Shown: one piece after another, positions 56,230 through 64,000 of the stretch | Layout of the letters: each line of letters begins with the position of its first letter | How positions within the stretch are numbered: the first letter of the stretch is position 1 | Origin: Eledone cirrhosa | Taxonomy: Eukaryota | Assembly (NCBI GenBank): GCA_964016885.1 | Contig: OZ024742.1 | Coordinates: 251,224,001 to 251,288,000, forward strand | DNA: 64,000 bases | Direction: 5' to 3' | Program-made: the position numbers and the translations under genes | The notes under the pieces: generated by a model | Seen by the model: the letters and a program-made list of their open reading frames with translations, nothing else | Told to the model about the DNA's origin: nothing | Databases searched by the model: none

Positions 56230-56700
56230 ATGTATGTATATACGTAATGGAAGAAAAAGACACAACAAAAGAATGGACAAAATATAAAAAGATCAACGGG
56301 AAAATCAGAATTGAACGGGTGGGAAGCAAAACAGCAATGGCTAGCTGAGTAATATGGAGACATTGAAGTGAGCTTTTGCTTTTCTAAATAACACCTCAAG
56401 GAAGGCATTTCAGCTGGTTAAAATATCTTGTCAAAGAAAGTAAACCGAAAAACAACACCATCATGGACAAAAATGGAAATTCTCTGTTAAAAAAAAAAGA
56501 AGTTATTGGAAGATGTACAGGGTATTATTCAGAGCTGTACAACTACCAAAAACAAAGGGAACCTTAATGTACTATACGTACAAGATTCTTCCGATGAAGA
56601 TGACTACTCTATATTGCGAAAAGAAGATAAAGCCGCAGTAAAATCGCTGAAAGACACGATCGAGTGGCCTTGCAAAAATTATCCTACAAGGAATTGTTGA
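56230..56700 (+). pseudogene. Decayed non-LTR (RTE/RTEX-like) EN-RT linker fragment
   Basis: RCTGYYSELYNY and SILRKEDKAAVKSLK resemble W.EYCSELYN / PILREEV.AAVKSLK. Confidence 0.55.
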
Positions 56701-57407
56701 TGAGGGAAGAACGATCGTTTTGTTTTGAACCGTTTTCGTTTTTACATTTGAAAAGTGTGTGTAACCCTGAAATATTATGTTAAAATATACTGGGTAAAAC
56801 ATTACTTTGTTTTGTTTTATTTGTTATCCTTTGCTCTTTATATATTTCTACTGCATTGTACCGGCTTTCTGAAACATATCAGTTATTTATCAAATATCTC
56901 ACAATGATTCATATTAACTATAAGAAAGAGGGAGAGAGATTAGATTACTTCATCGTTAGACTATGAAATCAACAACACAAAATAAGTCGAAGCTAATTAT
57001 AGGGTGGTATATAAAAAGTATTTCCAAAAAATATATATATTTCGGCCACTGAAAAACTATGGAATGAGTTTTTGACGGGTAAAACAAATTATTTTGTAAG
57101 AAGTTTGTGAATATATGCCATATATTATAGATAATATTATAAAAATTCAAGTCACATATCCCGCTTGTTACGCTATACGCTATATCAATGTGAAAGGAGA
57201 AAATAGGGGCTGTGCTGAGAAAGAGTACTATGTAAGCCAATTAGCATGGGTCTGCGATTTTGATGGAGCAAAATCCAATTTTTAGATGCAAAGGGGGTAC
57301 CTTACTAAATAATTGTCTTTTTTATAAATCGAGGTACTTCTTTTATTGTTTGTTCCCTCTCTATGTTTATGTGTGTATGTATGTGTGTGTGTGGTGTGTG
57401 CATGTGG

Positions 57408-57434
<27 letters not shown>

Positions 57435-57438
<4 letters not shown>

Positions 57439-58604
57439 GTAGGACAAAATCTCAGTGTTTTTCAAATTTTTATTGACTTTGGAATTTTTTTGATATTAGG
57501 AAAACGTAACAAGTCAAAATAATTGCCATCGTTTAGTGAGGCACATGATACCATCCCTGCAGAATTCTTCCGGCTTCGATGTAAAGAATTCTGTTAACTA
57601 ATGATTTAACTGATCTTCATTGGCAAAGGTCATTGATTGCATTGTATTGCTCATTGAAAAAAAAAAAGGTGGTAGTCTGTAGGTACGAGGTTGGGAAAAT
57701 ACCACGGTTGGATCAAAACCTCCTACCTGAGCTCTAGCAGCTTCTTACGGGTCATTTTTGATGTATGCGATCGAATGTTATCCTGAAGGAATCGAACATG
57801 GTGTGGGTGCACCTGTGCGATTTTTGCCGCTAATCTATCAAGATGTTGGCAATAGACGTCAGAGGTGTTCGATATGAGCAGCTCGTAGTGGATGACATCT
57901 TCCAATCCCACCAGACGCTCAGTAGGGACTTGCGAGGGTGGGCACACTTTCTTTATCAACTTACGATCGTTTGCGCTTGACATTAATGTATAGACACCAT
58001 TTTTCATCAGCAGTGACAATGACACATAACCAGTTGGTTGTGCGAAGGTAGGAAAGCAGAGAAGTCGCAGTTGCCACCCGACATTCACGATTACGGTCAG
58101 TCAGATTGTGGGGCACCCATTGGTTCAGCTTGGACTCCTTCCCAAGTGATTCAGGATTATTGTTTTCGATGCCCCGAGCACTTCGGAGAGTTGACGCACT
58201 GTCAGACTTCGGTGGGCTTTCACCAACTACCACAGTTGTTCGTCATTGAAGTCAGATGGACGTCCTGCACAAGTTCGATCTTCAAGGTTGCAATCACTGG
58301 AACGGAAATGTGCAAACCAGTCCCTGTCACTGTGTTCAGACATAGTGTGTGACCCTAATGCATTGTTAATGCGACGACTCGACGGTGCGGCGCTGAGGCT
58401 GGATTTGAAGTCATAAAGTAAATAAACGATTTGGATAAGTCCATGTTTCTTCCCCTTTGGCGGTGTAACAGAAAATGAAAAATGCACATAATGCATACCA
58501 ACATCACTTCTTATATTTGCGTGTGTGCAACCTTCAACATTCCCAAACAATCTTACGACAATACCTCCTTTTGAAAAACGGTAAGAACTTGCTGTACAAC
58601 CCAC
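57435..58604 (-). mobile_element. Decayed mariner DNA transposon
   Basis: WVPHNL, IVTADEKW, QDNIRSH, PNLVPTDYH, N-terminal HTH (WF..FR....LEDR..AGRP); degenerate TIRs with TA flanks; multiple frameshifts. Confidence 0.9.
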
Positions 58605-58609
58605 TATGT

Positions 58610-58645
<36 letters not shown>

Positions 58646-58719
58646 AAGAAGGTGTGGTGAGTTCGGATCTAGCTGTCGAAACGGTCAGAGCTCAGCCGTC
58701 GAGGTCCTGACTCTTTTCC

Positions 58720-58809
<90 letters not shown>

Positions 58810-58818
<9 letters not shown>

Positions 58819-58921
58819 GACGTAAAATAAGAAAATTTTAAAAATTAAAAATTAACTTACTTACTAGTAAGTAAGTTAATTTTTAATTTTTAAAATTTTC
58901 TTATTTTACGTCTTTCATATA
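58810..58921. repeat. Perfect 112-bp palindrome abutting (TA)n, followed by ~110-bp unpaired tail
   Basis: Arms checked base by base, centre ACT|AGT, no spacer. Confidence 0.95.
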
Positions 58922-59026
58922 ATTGTTCTGCATCCCCCTGCATAGAACCACCTAGGTACTATGACATAACTTATGTATTTGCTAGCATTAGTGTACATCT
59001 GTACGCATATGTTGGTAAATATACTA

Positions 59027-59066
<40 letters not shown>

Positions 59067-59068
<2 letters not shown>

Positions 59069-59267
59069 GAAGGAGTTGTGGTAAGGAACCAGATGGACAA
59101 TAACGCACCAGAGTACTCAATACTTAGGGTAGTAGAGTGGGTAATATGAGAAAGTATGACCACGACAGCAGAGCTCAAACCGTTTCGACGGCTATTTCTG
59201 GACTAAAGTGCAGAAATAGCCGTCGAAACGGCTTGAGCTCTGCCGTCGGGGTCATACTTTCTCATAT
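59067..59267. mobile_element. Fold-back cassette carrying only the 3' half of a hammerhead (57-bp arms)
   Basis: 59144-59200 vs 59211-59267 (54/57); GAAAC-GGC TTGAGCTCT GCC-GTC; fragments at 55659-55712 and 58641-58720. Confidence 0.75.
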
Positions 59268-59325
59268 ATATGTATATATAACGAAAGTTTAGACAAGAAT
59301 TATAATTAATTCATTGAATGGGCTA

Positions 59326-59500
59326 ACGAACGTTTTGCTAGACTAACAGGAATGAACAGTTCATTTCAGTAAGAATAACTCATCAGAGTCAATTAAATAC
59401 AAAGAAATTTACCTTACATGTTTTAATATACCAGTGATACTGATGAGCTAGTCTTGCTGGAATTAAATTTTCATTCCTGTCAGTCTCACGAAACGTTTGC
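59326..59500. ncRNA. Pair of inverted, diverged hammerhead motifs with long stem II
   Basis: Plus: CTGATGA(59440-59446)GCTAG...GAAACGTT; minus (59326-59390): CTGATGAGTTA...CTAGC-AAAACGTTC. Confidence 0.6.
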
Positions 59501-59656
59501 TTTATATATATATGCTCAGTGAAATTATAAAACTACTGTGATTGGAATTTTACACATTAGATTAAACTTTCGTCTGTTTATCTTGTGAATCATAAAATTA
59601 TCTTGAGATTTAAATTTCTTAGCCTTATATACCGTTGTATTATCAACTCATTTGAA

Positions 59657-59710
<54 letters not shown>

Positions 59711-59776
59711 AGAAAAAAGAGAATCTGCTCTACGAGGGCATTGAGTGCTCATACGGACGCTTTAAGCATCCAACAC

Positions 59777-59846
<70 letters not shown>

Positions 59847-60299
59847 GTAAGTGTTTAATATCACTATACTTAAAACATTCAAACCTTAACTCAATGAGTA
59901 CTCCATACGTGTAAGCAGAGAGTGTAAAATTTATTTTTATGACTTCAAAGTTTCAGCTTTGTCACTAGATAAAGCAATGTCTAATTATATATATACAGTG
60001 AGTGTGTTCTGTTATTATTTCTGGCAATATTATTACAACAATATGACCCTCCGCAAGTATAACAATATATATATATATATATATGACATTTTGTTGCTTT
60101 ACACAAATGAAGCAAACAGATTTTTAAACGAGTTACTTATTTCGCCATCTTAATTATCTTCTTTTTTAAATATTAAATCATGTGATATCTGTTTTAAGGC
60201 AAACACAAGGGGACATAATTTATTAAATATTAAATAAAAATATCATGTTACGTCCTCCTTATCAAATGAGACGTTAGAAATTATGAATTAGTCAATGTG

Positions 60300-62200
60300 C
60301 TAGGTATCTATGCTTTATACGAAGTCCTTAAGTTTTGCTGGGGACTTTCTGATTCTGACAGGGTGACCGATTGCTGTTGGATCCTTGTTTCTGATTTGTT
60401 GAGCTGGTAAATTGAAGGTGACCCGTTTCAGTGGACTGTATAACTCCAGCAGGTATCATCTGTTGCGCCTGAACAGTCTTCCTTCGTTGTGCATTCCGAC
60501 GATGTAGCTGCGTGGTTCTGTACATTTATCTATGACTGGGTTGCCATGTGTTATTTTCTTGAAAGACAGACACTCTGCTGCCTCTAACTAATTCTGGAAG
60601 GTCTTTTGTATTTCTATTGTAGTACTTTAGTTGTTTCTTGCTTTTGATGTTCATGTTTCCATGGATTTGTTTTTTGGGGTGTCTGTGTTCAACATAGTTG
60701 GAATTCTTGTTCTTATTTTTCTATTGAATAGGATCTCAGCTGGTGATGGTAAGTGACTGCCCAATTGGGTTGTTCTTAGGTATAGAAGAGCCATTTGACA
60801 ATCCATATTTGATTGTTTTGCTTTCTTTATAGTGTTTTTCACTGTTGGCACCATTCGTTCTATGAAACCATTCGATTGTGGGTATCTTGGGCTAGATGTG
60901 ATGTGGGCGAATTTCCTCACTGTGGCGAAGTTGTGGAATTCATTTAACACAAAATATCCGGCATTGTTTGTGTACAGACCTTCTGGAATACCATGAACAA
61001 AGAACATTGCTTTGAAATATTCAATGCAGCTTCAGCTAGTAGTGCTCTTCATAGCCTTGACATAGTGCATTTTGTTGTATTGATCAGCAACAAGTAAGAA
61101 ATGTTGACCGTTGATGTTAACACTGTAAGCTGCAGCATTTTTGGATGTCTAGTTGGATGTTCTGTGATTACCATTGTCTTTTGGTATTTTTTCTTTGGTG
61201 CCCATTACCTATTTCATATGATGTTACTAGCTTTTCAATGTCATTGTTTATACCCCTCCAATAAACACTATTCTTTGCTTTGAGTTGACATTTTTCAATT
61301 CCTTGTTGTGCATCACGAATTCTTTGAAGAACTTTGTTTTGCATATTTTTGGTATGACAATGCATTCACCTTCTGTCACTAATCCATCTTGTACTGATAA
61401 GTATTCTTTCAATGACCAGTAGTTTCTTATAAGTTTGGGTACATCCTTCTCAATCTCTGACCATCCACCTATTATCATTTGTCTTAGTATTTTCAATTCT
61501 TTATCTTCTTCTGTAGCTTCTTGTAGCTCTATATGTTTCTGTATTGATAAATCAGCGTCATGTATTGTAAGATATAGTTCAATTCCGTTGTCTTGTATTG
61601 GCTGCACTCTTGATAAATAACTCTCGTTTCTGTACCTGGTTTGGATATGAGTTGAGCATCATACGGTTGTAGCCTAAACAACATTCTTTGCAGTATTGAA
61701 GGTACTTGTGCAATGTTTTTGCTTTCTATATTTTCCAAATGGTTTGTGGTCTGATTCAATTTGGATCTCTTTTCCGTACGCATATGGATGACATTTTTCG
61801 CAACCAAACATCATTGCCAGTAGCTCTCTTTCTATGTTTGCATAACTAGACTCAGCATCAGTCAGTCTTCTGCTAGCAAATGCAATACTTTTACCATCAT
61901 CGACTAGTGTTGGACCTAGACCTAACATGCTTGAATCTGGTTGGATCGTTGTCTTTGCATTAGATTTGAAATAAGCTAAGCAAATGTTTTCATGAACACA
62001 GTCTTTTGAAAAGCTTTTCATGTGCATTATTCCATTGCTTTTCAGTGTCTAAGTGACGCTGTTTTGGAACTAAGTTTTGGTGTAAAGGCTTAGGTATTGA
62101 ATCATACCTAGAAATCGCTGAAGTTCTTTACAGTTTGGAGGTGTAAGCTTTGATCTGATTGTGTCCTATTTTTCTACATCTAAGTGAGAATCATTTTCAT
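60300..62200 (-). pseudogene. Decayed Ty3/Gypsy pol (RT C-end, RNase H, integrase)
   Basis: IAFASRRLTDAESSYANIERELLA, ESDHKP, VYWRGINNDIE, HITSSPRYPQSNGFIER; RH-before-INT order; many frameshifts. Confidence 0.9.
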
Positions 62201-62559
62201 ACCAGATATGACATTAAAATCATGTTTTTTTCTTACTTGTCTTTGTTGAAAACTATACCATACCTTCTTGCTGTAGCCATTGTCCTTCTCAAGTTCTTAT
62301 GTTTAAAAAACGAAGATAATTAAGATGGCGAAATATAGTAACATGTTTAAAAATCTGTCTGTTTTGTTTGTGTAAAACAACAACATATCATGGTGGCAGC
62401 GAGGCAGCGATTTGCCAGTCACACCTAAAAACTAAAACAAATTGAAAGTTAAACAATGGCAAAGGTGATATCAATACAGTAAAGATGTTAAATCTTTCTT
62501 TTTTCAAACGTGTCCCAGTGAACTGAATCGAACGGCGATCATCAAAGATGGCGGCGTCA

Positions 62560-62845
62560 ACAACCCAGTTAAATCTGTTGAACCTCCGTCGGTTCCGACG
62601 ACGAGTGTTCTAGTTGTTTTATCACAACTTGCTCGTGAAATTAACATGTAAGTAGCTGAGCATTCCAGAGACACGTGTAACGTTAATGTAAATCTGAGGC
62701 AGATTGTGCAGAAGGCTGGCCTTTTGTAATACAGGTACAATATATTTTTTCCAGCTGAGTAGACTGAAATAGCGTGAAACAAAGTGTTTTACTCAAGGAG
62801 ACAATGCGTCGCAGGTAATCGAACTCACTAACCACTAAGCAACAC
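62560..62845 (-). mobile_element. tRNA-derived SINE family B
   Basis: Reverse-complement match to 51525-51830 and 11357-11500. Confidence 0.65.
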
Positions 62846-63118
62846 ACCTTAACTCAACACACACACAACCATACAAATATATTCACACACAGCCACACAT
62901 ACATACACATATTTATGTCGAAATATTCTGGATTCTTCCATTCTATCTTATATTGTTTTTATACAGACATCTGTCAAAGCTCTGCATAATTCCTAATTGG
63001 TTACAGAGCACTTTTAGTAAGAAAAACGAAATTCATTGCTTAGATGATATGGGTGTGTCTTAAGAAATACATGTCTCTCTCTATCTCTCTCTATATATAT
63101 AATATATATATATAATAT

Positions 63119-63211
<93 letters not shown>

Positions 63212-63914
63212 CTGTCAGTGTGCCTATCTATCTAGTTTTCTGCCTGTCAGTCTATCTATTTATTTATCCATCTCTAGTTCTATGTCCGTCCATCCATTCA
63301 TCCATTTATCCATGTATTAATCTGTGTATTTTCTTACTGCTTAGTCATACGTAATTCTTGATCGAAAAAAACTACGATCGAAGCCATGCCATCCTTGACC
63401 AGCAAATCTTTTTTCCCAAACAGTGTAAAAGGGATGGACATATTTATATCCTTAAAATCTTATTAGTAATATGTAAAACAAAATTATCAATTACAAATTA
63501 AAAGTTCACTAAGCGTCTTTAACAAATAGTGGTGATGGTAGTGGTGATGCCTCAGCGTGAGTGTGTGTCTGTGAAACATATACATGTACACCAAGTCCGA
63601 ACACAAACTCCCACACTCACTACATCAGTCTCTCCCGTTCTCCCCATCTCTCACTATTATGAGCAAATGGGGCCCCACGCGTTGGCCACTCCGTGTATAT
63701 GGGTAGTAGATTAAATCAACACCACCACTTAGCTCTTGGGTGTCCAGAGTGTTGTCCACTCTATTACAATCATTGAAACTAGGTCTCCTTCCTCTCTTCT
63801 TCCTGACAGTATCGAATGTCCTGAATAGGGCCATAGGAACAGTCCTTCCGTTTTTTACTAAACCGTAAAAACAAAATATAGGACAATATTATTGAAAGGC
63901 AAGCTCAACCTCGT

Positions 63915-63995
63915 CTGAGTTCAAATCCCGTCGATGTTGACTTTGCCTTTCATCTTTACGGGGTCGATAAAATAAGGCACCAGTAATGCACTGGT
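63915..63995 (+). mobile_element. SINE family A fragment
   Basis: ctgagttcaaatccc...tttgcctttcatc...ggggtcgataaaataa. Confidence 0.75.
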
Positions 63996-64000
63996 ATAAT

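Overview
AT-rich, microsatellite-saturated animal (eukaryotic) DNA. The SINE/RTE repeat types suggest a cephalopod/octopus genome, which is inference only. No confidently identifiable host gene is present; there is one weak exon candidate. Nearly all listed ORFs are artefacts of (TA)n/(CA)n/satellite sequence. Real content: RTE LINE copies (one with an open ~500-aa RT region carrying a C4HC3 PHD-like finger), R4/Dong-like RLE LINE 3' ends in (TAA)n, a CR1/L2-like fragment, a decayed mariner, pogo/Tc1/piggyBac-like MITEs, a decayed Gypsy pol, many tRNA-derived SINEs, and three large tandem arrays, including an 11.7-kb 31-bp satellite that appears to have grown out of an RTE ORF. The most striking hidden signal is a set of short cassettes, most of them in (TA)n tracts, that combine an inverted (fold-back) terminal segment, a type-I hammerhead-ribozyme motif and, twice, a Penelope-type GIY-YIG C-terminus. 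About ten hammerhead cores from several unrelated families were read by eye. They share palindromic stem III, a recurrently non-canonical stem II base and a conserved TTGAGTACTC-like tail motif. All structures and identities were judged by eye; nothing was computed or searched.
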